The notes under the pieces: model-generated
Told to the model about the DNA's origin: nothing
The model's database searches: none
What the model saw: only the letters and a program-made list of their open reading frames with translations
Translations under genes and position numbers: made by a program
In this document: positions 24,152 to 38,098 of the stretch, in pieces
How positions within the stretch are numbered: the first letter of the stretch is position 1
Layout: every line of letters starts with the position of its first letter
DNA from: Octopus vulgaris
Taxonomy: Eukaryota
DNA: 64,000 nucleotides
Direction: 5' to 3'
NCBI GenBank assembly: GCA_951406725.2
Contig: OX597815.1
Location: forward strand, 32,302,001-32,366,000

Positions 24152-26621
24152 GTATGTGTCAGTCTATGTCTATGTTTACTGGTATAAAACTGGTGTTGCA
24201 TTGAAAACATACCTTGTGAATACCGGTCAATAATGATAAATAAATTATCATAAATAATATAAATACCACAGTAAAATAAGTATCACAATCAGTTGCTTCT
24301 TTTCTTCTTTCCTTGTACTTTTAGCTTCTGATGGAGTTTTAGTGGTGCCATCATACTATGTTTCAGGCATTTTTAACTTTGTGGAGCCTAAACTACTCTA
24401 GGTTGATTTCCTGGGGGGAAGAAGGAGAGAAAGAGGGAGGAAATCAACCGCAGTACTGCTACAGTATTTATCTAGTCCAAACAAGATGTAAGTCAAAGTT
24501 GGCCTCAGACAGGATTTGAACCCAGAGCTCAGAGATCAGAGACAAATACTGTAAAATAGTCTACCTAATGCCTTAGCACTTCTACCACCTTACTGCCTAT
24601 TCAGGTCAAATATTATTGACCTTGAATGCAATATCACAGCATGGCTGCAGTCTAAAAGCTAAAAACCAATAAAAATGAAATTGAAGAATAAAATACAACA
24701 GATGTCACAACAATGACATTTTGTGATCAATACCAGATCAATTAAAACTTCAATACATGTCACCTTGCCACTTTTATTCCGTGTGAAAAATAGTTTCAGC
24801 GATTACAGGTTTCCAACGGTTCATTCGTTAGCTCACTGCATTTCTCATGATGATAGTCACAAAAGAGTGCCTGTGGAACTCAGTGCAGAACAAATATCAA
24901 CAGGGCTTTGGTTGAAAAGCACCATTTTGTTCAGGTTTCTAACTAATATTTACATCTTTCACTGATATACCTCAACAAAAGATGTACAAGCACAGGCATG
25001 GCTGTGTGGTAAAGAAGGTTGCTTTGGAAATACATGGTTTCAAGTTCAGTCCCATTGTACAGCATTTTGGACAAGTGTCTTTTGTTATATCTCCAGGCTA
25101 ATCAAAGTCTTGTGAGAGGATTTGGTAGATGGAAACTGTGTTGAAGTCCATCATGTGTGTGTATGTATATATGTACATATGTATGTATATGCATGTGTGT
25201 ATATGTACTTGTGCATACCAGTGCTTAGAGCATCAGACTCACTGTCATGAGGTGGTGAGCTTGATTCCTGGACTGGGCTGTGTGTTGTGTTCTTGAGCAA
25301 GACACTTTATTTCACGTTGCTCCAGTTCACTCAGCTGTAGAAATGAGTTGTGACATCACTGGTACCAAGCTGTATCAGCCTTTGCTTTTCCCTTGGATAA
25401 CATTGGTGGCATGGAGAGGAGGAGAGACTGGTATGTATGAGCAACTGCTGGTCTTCCATAGACAACCTTTCCTAAACTTGTGCCTTGGGGGGGGGGAATC
25501 TGTCTCATTAATTTCCATCCAACCCTTGTAAGAATGCAAGAGTGGACATTAAATGATGAAGATGAAATGGTTTAATTAACCCTCCCTAACAACATTTTGC
25601 CAGTGGCCTATGTTAAAACACAATATATTCATATCCTATATTAATGTTTGTTTTTATGTCAATCAACACCAGCATCATTATCATTCAATGTCCATTTTCT
25701 GAGGTGGAATGTGTTGAACCGGTTAACTGGAGCTGGCAAGTTAGAAGGTTATGCCAAGCTCTACTGTCTGCATTGGCATGGTTCTGCAACTGGATGCCCT
25801 TCCTAATGCCAGCCACTTTACAGTGTACTGGGTGCTTCTTACATGGCACAAGCTGCAATGAGGTCACTAAATTGTTTACAAGACAAGACTCCTCAGCTGA
25901 GGGTGGGGAGAAGTATTGACGAAAGTGGCTCTGTGCCAGATGAGAGTATGAGTAGAACAGAAATACATGGATAATTTAGTAGGAGGGGAGAGGGGGAAGA
26001 GAATATGGTTTATAAGGGACAAGGGTGGAGGGACACCCAAGTTACAGAGAAGTGTATATAAGCGGGGCCAAGGATTAGATAGGGTGAGTGGGTAAGTCCA
26101 CAAGATGGCAAAAGGAAAGTAAGAGGTGGGGGAGAGGGAATGTAGTGAGTGGACAGAGATAGAGGGGGGGAAACTATAAATTTTGTATTAACCTGAAGAA
26201 TTGTTCAATACATTTTGTAGAGTACAAATTTATCATTCTTTAACAAGACTGTCCGACAAAAGCTAAACAGGTTGAAACTTCAAAGTTACTGTCAATACTG
26301 TTTTTTTATTTTATCTAGTTTCAGCTCACGAGCCGTGGCCATGCTGGGGCACCCTTGTAAAAGAATAACAAATAGCCGTCCAACCCATGCTAGCATGGAA
26401 AACGGACATTAAACAATGATGATGATGATGATGTACTCTGCTCAAAGTATTGAGTAACCCTTCAGTTTAGTGTAAATTTTTTTTTTTATTTCAACTTAGC
26501 TGTATTCTGATGTGAGTGCTTTCCTTACTTTAATTGAAAACCAAGAAAAGATGCAGCAACACCCAATATATCCACATCTTATGTACTAAATTTCTGTTTG
26601 GTCTTTTCTTTTTTTTTTCAG

Positions 26622-26684
26622 AGTTTGAAAGCTTACCCCAAGTTGGATAAAATTCTTGAATTAGATATTCGCGACAACAAATGA
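26622..26684 (+). CDS. FBXO41: FBXO41-like terminal coding exon (SLKAYPKLDKILELDIRDNK*)
   Basis: Long T tract + cag acceptor, phase 0, TGA stop. Resembles the FBXO41 C-terminus ALRRRPGFSKILHIK. Confidence 0.75.
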   Translation, partial: SLKAYPKLDKILELDIRDNK

Positions 26685-27007
26685 AATACTCCGGAATAAG
26701 AAGGAATGACATTTTGATGAAGATGGAGGCATTTACAGTGATGATTAAATGAAAATAAACTGAAGTGAAACTGTTGAGACAACAATGACGAGGATGATAG
26801 TGGTGATGATGATGACAATGATGATGATAAACTGTATGATATATTTGTTTGCATCTGATGACTCACTCACTGAATAATTTGATTAGTCAGTTTGAAATTG
26901 ATGATTCACTCTGTTGCTACTCAGAGTTTCTGGCCATCAGAAATCAATGAAGAACCACACGTAGCAACACAACTCTTAAGTAATGACAGATAGAAATATC
27001 AGCTTTG

Positions 27008-27020
27008 AATAAATAAATAA
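27008..27020 (+). promoter_or_regulatory. candidate polyadenylation signal (overlapping AATAAA) of the FBXO41-like gene
   Basis: AATAAATAAATAA ~325 nt after the stop. An earlier AATAAA lies near 26754. Confidence 0.4.
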
Positions 27021-27160
27021 TTTTGCTACATGCATTGAATGCTTCCTTTGCATCTGTTCTTTCAATATAATTATGCATATATATACACACACACATATAG
27101 TTAAGTTAAGTTAAGTAATTGGCTCAAAAAGCAAAAAGCAAGGCCATGTAGGGGGACATG

Positions 27161-28386
27161 GAGGGGATGGACAAAATAATGAGAAACACCTTAAAATTTC
27201 AAACAAATTTATTTTAATATGGGGTAGGACTGCCTTTGGCAGTAATTACAGCTTGAATCCCATGAGGTATGGACTCGTACAGAGTTTGAATTGTTTCCAA
27301 ATGAATTTTTGTCCATTCTTCAACTAAAACAGTCTCCAGTTCTTGTAGTGATGATGGTGGAGGATATTGACTCCTTACTTGTTTTTCTAAAATGCACCAT
27401 AAATGTTCAATAATATTGAGATCTGGGGACTGTGGTGGCCAGATAAGATGTTCAACTTCACTAGAATGTTCCTTGTGCCATTCAATTACAACTTTAGCTG
27501 TGTGAATTGGTGCATTACCATCCCGAATGATTGCATTTCTCTCTGGAAACAGTTACGCATTCATAGGATGAATTTGATCAGATAAATGCTTAAATAGTCT
27601 TGACTATTAATTCTGCCATGAAGGGAAACCATTGGGCCGGCAGATTTCCAAGATATAGCCACCACCACCACCACCCCCCTGATCATCACAGATCCTCCTC
27701 CATGCTTAATAGTTGGAAGAAGGCAGTCTGTGTCAAATGCTTCTTTTGGCTGTCTCCACACATATACTCGGCCTGTGATCAAAAACAAAGTAAAGGATGA
27801 CTCATCCAAGAAAATAACATTTTTCCACTGCTCGAGAGACCAATTCTGTAGGTCTTTACTCCACTCTAAAGCATTGCAACGTTTGTTTTTGAAAGTAGTG
27901 GTTTTCTGATAGCAGCCCTCCCATGAAATCCAGCTTTGTGCAGCTCTCAGTGAACAGTTTTTGTGGAAACTGGGTTCTCGAGGTGGTCATTAAGCTCTGC
28001 AGTAATTTTGGGAGCTGTACTTCATGTAAGAGTCCGATGGTCCCTATCTGAAAGTTTTGGTTTTCTACCAGAGTTTTGTTTCGACGAGGAGGTTTTTCCC
28101 TCATTCTCAAAGGCTGTCATTACTTTCAAGGCAGTACTTCTTGATACACCAAATATTTCAACTAGCACCTTCTATACAAGCACCAACAATTTGACCTCTT
28201 TGAAAGTCTGATAGATCTGTCATTTTAATTACATTTTTCTGATGATATCTGAAAAGAAACAGCAATTTTAGGTAAACATAATAAGCAACACTAATAATAC
28301 ATCCAAACAAGCTTTTGATGGTTTTATAGATATTTATTTCAAAATGCTATGATGCTAGGTGCTTCCATTATTTTGTCCAACCCCTG
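27161..28386 (-). mobile_element. Tc1-like transposon relic
   Basis: TIRs GAGGGGATGGACAAAATAATG / CATTATTTTGTCCAACCCCTG|TA. Frameshifted transposase SDESSF...PTIKHGGGSVM. Confidence 0.88.
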
Positions 28387-28434
28387 TATATATATCTCAG
28401 TTAGAACATTAAAAGGATAAACTATACACAAAAT

Positions 28435-29415
28435 ATCACCTTTTCCTTTGTAGCAGTTGACTATAGTGCTGCTACACCAGTCATTGGGTATGACTCCTTC
28501 GTGTATCACCTGGTTAACTATACGGGTGACTAGGCTATAGCCAACACTGCCAGATATTTTGAGCATCTCTGCAGTGATTCCTGATGGGCCAAGGGCTTTC
28601 CCTGTCTTCATACTCTTAATTGCTTTATCTACCAGGGTACTGTCAACTTGGATAGCAGGTCCCTCTGTTGGGTCGAGATTCAGCAGACTTTCTTTCTCCC
28701 ATTCATTTTCCTTATTCAGCAACCTTTCATAGTGGTGTCTCCAAACCTCTTTCTTTGCAGCCTCGTCTAGTGCGAGTGAACCATCATCCATGTGAACACA
28801 TTTCTCTCCTACATCATGATTCTCTCTCATACACTGTCTTGCAACACGAAATACTTCAAGTCTTTAGTCCTCACAGTGCAGAACATTGGCAAATTTTTTC
28901 TTATCTGCTTCTCCTCTGGCTAAATAAACCTGCCTCCTAGCTTCCCTTCTGGCAATCTGATACAATTCCCTGCTACCACCATTCTTCCAGTCCTTCCAAG
29001 CCTGTTTTTTTTCTCTTATAGCTCTGTCAACAACATTGTTCCACTACCATGTTATTTTGGGTCGAGAGGGGACTTTGCACCATCCACAGATCTGGTCTGT
29101 GGCCCTCAATAGATTGTCCCATAGAAACCACCAGTTGTCTTCTACATTGTGTGAAACTATATCCCCTGCTATTTTGTTAAAGGTTTCGAGTAATATGTCT
29201 CTAAATCTCTGTTCATTGGCAGGATCTTTAAGCTTCCAGACCCTTCTCCTCCATGCTGGTCTTCTTCTGGGCATCCACTTAGCCCTGATAATGGTTGCTA
29301 ACCCATGATGAAGCACTAATCTAATCTTAAGTATTCTGTCGCATACTCTGACTACCTTGACTACCTTATCTACCCATTTTTCAGCAATAAGTATACCCAC
29401 ACCCTGAACGCAGGT
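28435..29415 (-). mobile_element. RTE LINE internal fragment (endonuclease remnant to RT start)
   Basis: GVGILIAEKWVDKVVKVVRVCDRILKIRL and MKTGKALGPSGITAEMLK...IPNDWCSSTIVNCYKGKGD. Homologous to ~48490-48870. Confidence 0.88.
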
Positions 29416-29433
29416 GTTATTCAAATTCTTTTA

Positions 29434-29519
29434 CTTTCGACATATGTTTCGAAGACAACATTGGTTTTATTCCAAAAGAATAAACGGTGTAAAATAATGT
29501 AATCTTCTCATCAGGAAAG
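29434..29519 (-). ncRNA. intact type-I hammerhead ribozyme with long stem II, GUC cleavage site
   Basis: Minus strand reads CTTTC-CTGATGA-GAAGA(TTACATT)...(AATGTTG)TCTTC-GAAA-CATATG-TC|GAAAG. Fully canonical core with a G10.1-C11.1 pair. Confidence 0.88.
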
Positions 29520-32503
29520 AAAGAGAACCTTTCTCAACAACAAGACATTATAACAATTTTAATGACTGCATAAATGATAAACAAAATGCTATTAAGTATT
29601 TTTTTAATAAACGCTAGTAGATCTGACATCAAGTGCAGACCATAGGAAGAGAAGAGGTGAAGAAATAATAAGTAGAGAACAAATAAAGAGGGATATATTG
29701 GTTGAAAAAATGTTCAAAGGCTTGGAAGTAGATTTCTCTATTGAAGTAAAGTGCAAGGTACACTAAATGTTCAAACTATACAGACTGGTATAAATCACTT
29801 ATATGAGCGCAATGGCCCAGTGGTTAGGGTAGCAAACTTGCGGTCATAGATCGCGGTTTCGATTCCCAGACCAGGTGTTGTGAGTGTTTATTGAGCGAAA
29901 ACACCTAAAAGCTCGAGACTTTGGCAGGGCATGGTGGTGATCCCACAACTTTCTCTCACTCTTAATTCTGTTGGCCTGCTCGCTCAGCCAGCGGAGTGGC
30001 GTCATTTGAAGGCTAAAACAATGTGAAGCGCATTGTGACCAGCGATGTGTAGCAACATCTGATGGTCTGCTCTGTCATGTGATCACGATATATATATATG
30101 TGTGTGTGTGTGTGTTATATACATATGTATATATTATATATGTATGTATAAATTATATATATACATATTATATATATATATATTATATACACACACAAAA
30201 TAAATTGGGTGATAGAAGCAGTCTTCATACTAAAAGTTATTCACCACTTAAAAGAGGATGTTGCATACTGCAATATTTTCCAAAAGAAACTCTCATATGG
30301 TTACATCATGCATAAAAGCACACCATAGCTATCACCAGCAGTAGACAATCACTGCTACTTCCACCGCTTAGACTACCAGATCACGTGGTCTGGGCCTAAT
30401 TAATCCTTTCAATGATAGACACCTAGTGGCAGTGTATGTTTGTACTAATGCAATGTCCACTTTTAAGTGGTGAACATATACATATCAAAAAACTGTATTT
30501 CAGAAACAATCAGGTTTTTATTCAAAAAGCAATAATTAATATCACATCCCTATGATTAGGGCTTGGAACATATTAAATCAATTTTACAAATATTTAATGG
30601 AGGAAGTCTTGTTTAAATAAATGAATATAACTAAGCAGTATTTTTTTCAAAAATGTATTATTCTGTGTAATTTCAATAAAGAATTTTAACAAGATTTTGT
30701 TCGTAAATAATAAAATGAATTAAAATCAATTAAATGGTGAACTCTTGATAATTTTTTCCTTTTTTTTTTTTTAAGTTGTATCTGCTTCAGTTTGTTTCAA
30801 TGGAGATTTGCTTTTTCTCAAATTGTAAAGATACACCAGCAGATGCTCAAGCAATTGTTATTAGACCAGAGTTTCTCAAATGATACACTGCAACACATTG
30901 ATGCACAGTAATAAATATATGGGTGGGGTACACAGAGGGTTTTTTTTAAATATAATATAAGGTAAAGGTATGGCTGTATAGTTAAGAAGTTCATTTCCAA
31001 ACCACATGGTTTCAGGTTCAGTCCCACTGTGTAGAGTCTTGGGTTGATCTTGTGAGTGGATATAACTTAAAGAAGCCTGTCTGTGTTGGGGTGCAGGCCT
31101 GGCTATGTAATTAAGAAATCTGCTTTGTAACCATGTGATTTCACATCCAGTTCCACAGCACAGCACCTTGGACAACTGTCTCCTACTAAAACCCCAGGTC
31201 AACCTATGATTGCAAGCGAATTTGATAAATGGAAACTGAGTGGAAGTTTATGTATGTGTACTTTTGCTCCACCACCACCACCTCTGCCTGACAACTGTTT
31301 TTGATTTCCTTACATCCTTTTAAATTAGTGGTTCAGTAAAAAAAGGCTGATGGAATAATACCAGACTTAAGAATAAGTATTGGGGTTGATTTATTCAACT
31401 AAAACCCTTCAAGGCAATGCTCCAGCATGGCAGCAGTGAAACAAGTAAAAAATATATGTATGTATGTATGTGACTGCATGTTTTCATCGTTGACATTATG
31501 TGTTGTTTGTAAATGAGTGCCACCGTCATACAAGTGGTGCTGTTTGTTACCAGTCTTCTGTGAAAACATGTCCAGTCATAGGGAAAGATTACCTTGCTTG
31601 AAAGCAAGAGTTGACGAAATGAAGGCCATCCACTCATAGAAAATCTACTTCAACAAATTCCATTTGATGCATGGAAAAGAGAACATTTAAGCAATGATGA
31701 TGAATTTAAGGCTTAGAGAATTGATATTTAATTTGCCCGAGTATCTTGAAAAACTGAGCTATTCATATTTTTGTTCTGCTCTTTACTAATTTATTTCTTT
31801 AGTCTTTTGAGACTGCAACCTTGCCCAGGCACCACCTTGAAGAGTTTAATCAATCAAATCGATCCCAAGACTTATTTTTTAAAGTCTGGTAGTACTGGAT
31901 TTTTTTTAACAAACCATTAATTTTAGGGGGACGTAAACAAACCAATTGTCAAGAGATGACTGAAAAACACAATCATGCACACACATACCTGTATACACAC
32001 ACACGTGTGTCTGTGGGTGTGTGTGATGGCCTCTGCAGGGTTTCTCTCAATTAAATTCAGTCACAAGTCATCAGTTGGCCTGGATTTATAGATGACACTA
32101 GCCTTGAACTTGAAATCATGTGGATGGATATAAAGCAAATTTCTTAATCACACAGCCATGCTTGTACCTATGAACTAGTATCAATTAGCATAAAGTAAAC
32201 AATAGTTTATCCTTTTTCATAAATCTTTAACTTCCTGTTCGTAGTGTACAAATATTTTGACCTTCATATGAAGAGCAGCACATTTTTTTTGTGCCCTCCA
32301 TGCACCACTTCAAAAAATACTGCAAGCTACAGCACTCTGTCATCAATATCACTAAGCTGTCAAATAACAAGAACCAACACTTGATCGACTTGGTTTAATT
32401 CTAGATCCACAACAGCCAATGTTTTTACAAGACAAACTACTACATTCTTTTCTGTAGATGCAGTATTATTTTCTGAAAATATGAAGGAGTTTACAGACCT
32501 TAA

Positions 32504-32722
32504 CCCTTTAGTATTTAAACCGGCCATATCCGGCCAAAATAGCTAATCTGTTTTATGTTCAAACTGACCAGATCCAGGCTTTCACACCTACCCTACAATG
32601 TTATTCTACATTAAGTAATTACACCATCAAGATCTTGAAGATATGAGATAATGCATGATTAATTCAAATCAATGGGAATCAATAAGCATTATGTTTGATA
32701 GAATAATCTGAACACTAAAGGG
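32504..32722. mobile_element. piggyBac-like MITE
   Basis: TTAA|CCCTTTAG...CTAAAGGG|TTAA. Oppositely oriented copy at 43129-43338. Confidence 0.8.
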
Positions 32723-33185
32723 TTAAAGGATTTTGTTGCATTGTATTTATTGAACTCTCCTTATTTTAAGCAAATATATTCACTTTTTAAGGCATTAAAC
32801 ATTGGAGTCATCTTATCATTTTAGTGTATACTTCTCCAGTCTTCTTGCATGGGTTAAACACAAACCGTTGAAGGAGAATTTCAACAACCATATGTTGTTC
32901 CTGTCTGTAACCCTCACCTGTTTCCAAGCAAGGTAATATTTACCCTTGTCTGGACATGTTTCCATTGAAATTGCAAAAAAAACATTGCAATATGTATGTT
33001 GGTAAATCTTGTTTACAATAAGTTCATGATGTGGAAAAAGAAACCCAATATCTTCTGTAACATTTTCAAGGTTAAGCAGTGAGGCCATAGCTTTTGAGCA
33101 GGTGTCTGTGAGGACCAGCATCAGAAACATGTCTCTTATTATTGTGGTTATGTGATGAGTAGAAATGGATTTTGTAAAGTGGAGC

Positions 33186-33607
33186 TCATCATCATCATCG
33201 TTTAATGTCTGCTTTCCATGCTAGCATGGGTTGGACGATTTGACTGAGGTCTGGCGAACCAGACTCCAATCTGATCTGGCAGAGTTTCTAAAGCTGGATG
33301 CCCTTCCTAACGCCAACCAGTCTGAGAGTGTAGTGAGTGCTTTTACGTGCCAGTTAGATGGTACTGGCAACAGCCACGCTCAAATGGTGCTTTTTATGTG
33401 CCACCTGCACAGGAGCCAGTCCAGCAGCACTGGCAACGACCTCGCTCGAGTATTTTTTCACGAGCCCCCCAGCACAAGTGCTAGTAAGGCAACACAGGTA
33501 ACGATCACACTCGAATGGTGTTTTTAACGTGCCATCGGCACGAAGGCCAGCTTGTTGTTTGGGCAACGATCTCACTCATATGGTACTCTTCTTAGTGCTC
33601 CACTAGC
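33186..33607 (-). mobile_element. RTE LINE 3'UTR fragment
   Basis: Same repeat as 3074-3444, 38990-39395 and 48918-49395. Confidence 0.8.
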
Positions 33608-33609
33608 AA

Positions 33610-33790
33610 TGGATGCCAGTCAGTTCTTGAATTTTGACAATTGAAGTGCAGAGGTTATAAGCCAGGAAAATGATAAACAGGAATGGTATAGGCATGTCAT
33701 TTTGCAAGATGTTTGCATTAATATTGAAGAAATCAGTGTCTCCATTAGTTAATACTACTTCAGCTCCTGTATTCTTGTAGAGCATCATTA
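33610..33790 (-). mobile_element. old LINE reverse-transcriptase fragment
   Basis: LYKNTGAEVVLTNGDTDFFNINANILQNDMPIPFLFII resembles the RT segment 'GxT..F....GV.QGD.LAP.LFII'. Confidence 0.55.
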
Positions 33791-34512
33791 CTACTACTAC
33801 TTCTTTCAAGGTACACTATATGCAAAAAGAGTTTGATCTATTCCATCTTACGGGACAGAATCAAAAGCTTTCAAGAAAGCTACAAATGGTAAGGCTATTT
33901 GTAGATTTTTGGCCCCAACTCCCCCCAGTGAGTCTTTTGACTATTAAGATTTCTCTAACACTAAATCATTCTCCTGAACCCTTCTGTTTTCTTCATAAGA
34001 TTTTCTTGAATTCTAACTGTATACCACAATTTGTTCAGCAACAATTTTCGTACAGACTCTCTCTAGAATAATCATCACAGCACTCAAAGGTAACCCATGC
34101 ACCTTAATTATCTCATGCTACAGTCCAACTGATTTGAGTTATAAAACCAAAGTTATAAATTTCTATAACACACTGTTCTCTCTTGTTTGGCAAACCCTAA
34201 ACTTTTTTGTGTCCTAATCATTGATGGCAATATAAACTCATAGATTGGTTAAGAAAAAAACCATAGACGCAATAGCAGCTGTCAGCATCCCTTTTAATGC
34301 CTAAGTACAGTAAAATCAGGACCACGTATGCAATATATCTTTTTATCAAGACAACAAAATGTGATTGGTGGGAAGATTTGGCTGCTACTCTTAGCACCCA
34401 CATAGGAACTCCTTACCCATTAGAACAATTAATTAATAATTATTGAGGGTGATACAGCACACTGTTAAATTGAATAGCTAAGCTTAAATCCTCGTAGTTA
34501 AGATGTAAAATA

Positions 34513-35374
34513 CACTCGATCAAAAAGTTCCCGGACTAGCTATGTTCAATAAAAAATCACTTATTTACTTAAGTTTTAACATTATCCCCTTCGAAACCTT
34601 GTGCAGCAATACACTGGTCCCAGCATTTCTGCCACTTTTGGAATCCAGCCTGGAAGTTGTTTTCCGTAAGCAAGCTGAGGACCTTCTGTGATTCACTCTT
34701 GATCTTGACAACCTTTGAGTTACATTTTCATCTTGGGAAAGAGATGGAAGTCTGCAGGTGCTAAATCTGGTGAATAGGGTGGGTGCAGAAGAAATATGTT
34801 TTTGGCGAGAAACTCATGGATGAGGAGAGCTTGGTGACAATGTGCATTGTCATTGTGAAGAATCCAATACTTCATGCTCCACAGATCCAGTCGCTTTTGC
34901 CGAATGCCCTCCCTCAAACACTTCAAAACATTGTTGATTGTCCTGCAACAATTTTCATGCACAAGGTGAAGAAGTTTTTCCATGTTACCAGGGGTGACAC
35001 TCATGGCAGGTAATCCAGATCACTCATCATCTTCCATTTTTGAAGCAACCGTGCAATTTGAAACGTGTAGAACCCATTGTCTTGTTAGTGTAAACTTGTC
35101 AAAGCATGCTCAATGTCTCTGTAGCAGACTTCCCAAGATTAGAGCAAAATTTCACGTTTTTTTTTTTGACCCTGTCCATGACAAAAATTGCAGGCTACAG
35201 CATACACGTGATCACAGAAACACAAATTTCACACCTTAGGAAGTAAACACAGTGATGTCACTCAGCACACTGCCTCATGAAGATCACTGCTAGCTCTCAC
35301 TGCACATGCAACCATGTGCTGCCATCTGTTGGCATGCTACAGAACTAGTCCAGGAACTTTTTAATATCACCTCG
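34513..35374 (-). mobile_element. mariner (DD34D-type) transposon relic
   Basis: TIR-like ends ATCAAAAAGTTCCCGGACTAG / CTAGTCCAGGAACTTTTTAAT. ORF has WILHNDNAHCH...HPPYSPDLAPADFHLFPKMK. Confidence 0.88.
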
Positions 35375-37371
35375 TACACTATAACAAAGTCTTTAGAGCC
35401 ACCAAAACACCATTGCCTTCACTGTGGCACTATAAACTTTTGGACAAGCAACATTAGCATGTTTTTCCTTTCAATTCCTACATTTGATCCCATATTTTCT
35501 CACCTGCAAGGTTATTTTTCTCACACCAGCTTAAATTCTTTGCAACATTTCTTCAAATCTGTTCCAATCTATTCTGGTATGGAACACAGACATTAAATGA
35601 TGAGGATTCTCAATTCTCTCCCCATTCTCTCTCTAGACCTTGTACCTCTTGACTCTCTTGTACTTTGAGGGTATGCCCTAATACCTCATCTCCTTTCTCT
35701 CTTTCCTGCTAGGATACCCATGTATCTCTTCTATAACAAGACACCTGTTCCTGTCCTCCTTTCCTACTTTAGCCTCTCTACACCTGGTACAAAGCTATCT
35801 TCCTCAATACTGCACCTCCAATCTGTCAAGGGGGTCTTGTTTTGCAAGTTGCTTGGTGACCCCATAAATGCTAGTGCTACAAATAAAGCCCCTAATTCAC
35901 ACTCTGGTGAGGTTGGCATTAAGAAGGGCATCCAGCTATAGAAACCCTGCCAAAGCAGACACTGATCATCATCATCATCATCATCTTGAAACTATCTAAA
36001 TATACAACACCTTCCATACCAACATGGAACAGATGTTTTCATGGATGCATGCATACATGATGGTACTATAAAGATCACATGGGGAAAAATTCAAAACATA
36101 TTTCAGATATTCTATTGTAGTTCTGAACAAGGACTGTAACTCTGCATGCATAAGTATGCCTGGCTGATAACAGGTTCCACTTCTAGACTATGGTTAAATG
36201 TAAGTGGTATAACAGTCGTCAGCTAATAAAAGCAGTTCTATTCTCACTAGTATCAAAACATTAATGTAAAATCATAAAAAAAAGCATCACTGTATAAAAC
36301 AAAACCATTCAGAACCCTCATTATCATAAAAATGAGGCTTTGATTGGAAATAACTTCTCAACAAATGAAAATAAATTTTTAAAAAAAACTTTGTTTAAAT
36401 AAACGATATGTGAATTGTATTTTTAATTGCCAAATTTTCAAAAATTCTACAAATGCAAGAAAAAAAAATTAATTTTTCTAATCAGTTTTTATTTGCAAAT
36501 GTATAATTTATTTCCAGTTCAAGAATGCTTTATAATATTCTTATGAAGAAAAAGGGAAAAAAAAACTAGAGGATCCACCAATTTTTAGGTTTTACTGTGA
36601 GGCATATATATATATATGTGTATATATATATATATATAGAAGGACTTCAAGAAAACTAATTGGCTAAAAAGTTTTCATAATGTTGAAAAAATGGCGAAAG
36701 GTGGCTTGTGTGATAATTGCAATTGTCAGAGAAACATTACAGTATTAAAACTAAGACAATCTGCTGTTTCAAACTTAATGATATTTAAAGAAAAAGTATC
36801 AGAGTTAAAAAAAATTGTAGTATTTTGAATTTGTAATATACTTTATAATTTCTTATTTCCTGAAGCTAAAGCTAATTTCACATTGGTTTAGAATAGTGCA
36901 AAGTCACTGAAAAATAAGATGAAATCAGAAAAAAAAAGTGTTGAGATTATTTGTTGTTAAACTATGATTTCATATTTTTGAAACAAATATTTTTTTAATT
37001 TCTTTTTAACTAAAACACTCTCTGATAACTGATAACACATTATTGAAACTCTTTCTGCAGTCCTCAAATAGCCTCAAAAGAGAGAGACAGACAAGTTTTT
37101 AATTTCTTATTTACACCCAAACACAAGGGAGAAAAAGGCAAGTTGAATTTGAGGTTTGAACTTCAGACTTCACACCTGACAGAGTGAAAAGCATATTTGT
37201 GTTTGAGTTTGTATGATACATATGTGTGTGTGTGTTTGTACTCACATATAACATCATCATTGTTATTACATGCACTTTTTTTTCCATGTTTGCAAGGGAA
37301 TCTCAGTCAATCCCTGTCAGCATGGAAAAAGTAGATGTAAAAACAATAACATCATATAATGGAGTGTAAGG

Positions 37372-37635
37372 GTGTGTGCATACATGCACACATACATATG
37401 CATACATACATACATATATACATATACATATACATACATACATAAATATATATACATACATATATATATATATATGCATACATATACATACATATATATA
37501 TGCATACATATACATACATATATATATGCATACATATACATACATACATATATGCATACATATACATACATATACATACATACATATATGCATACATATA
37601 CATACACATATATATATATACATATATATACACAT

Positions 37636-37666
<31 letters not shown>

Positions 37667-37693
37667 CATATATATACACATATACATACATAC

Positions 37694-37742
<49 letters not shown>

Positions 37743-37751
37743 TATACACAT

Positions 37752-37782
<31 letters not shown>

Positions 37783-37797
37783 CATATATATACACAT

Positions 37798-37834
<37 letters not shown>

Positions 37835-37905
37835 CATACATATATACACACATACATACATATATATATATATATATACATACATATATACACACATATG
37901 CACAC
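37372..37905. repeat. compound (TA)/(CA)/(TACA) microsatellite
   Basis: ~530 bp of alternating purine-pyrimidine. Source of six spurious ORFs. Confidence 0.97.
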
Positions 37906-38098
37906 GTGTGTATGAATGCACACACAACATATGCATATATAAAGCAGCACACATGTGACTATATAAGTGTATCTCGTACATACACACAAGTGGTTGGTTT
38001 TTTTTTTTTTGTTTTATATATCTCTGTTATAACTATGATGACCTCATCAATGATCTGTATTAAATAAGGGCTGATCAAGTATGAAATCAGTTACAAAC

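Noticed and set aside
26188-26297. CTGAAGA...GAAA-CTTCAAAG-TT hammerhead-like motif
   Set aside because: Stems I and II do not pair convincingly.
37303-38067. Six long ORFs (152-231 aa) of Y/I/H/T/C/V/M
   Set aside because: Translations of a TA/CA microsatellite.
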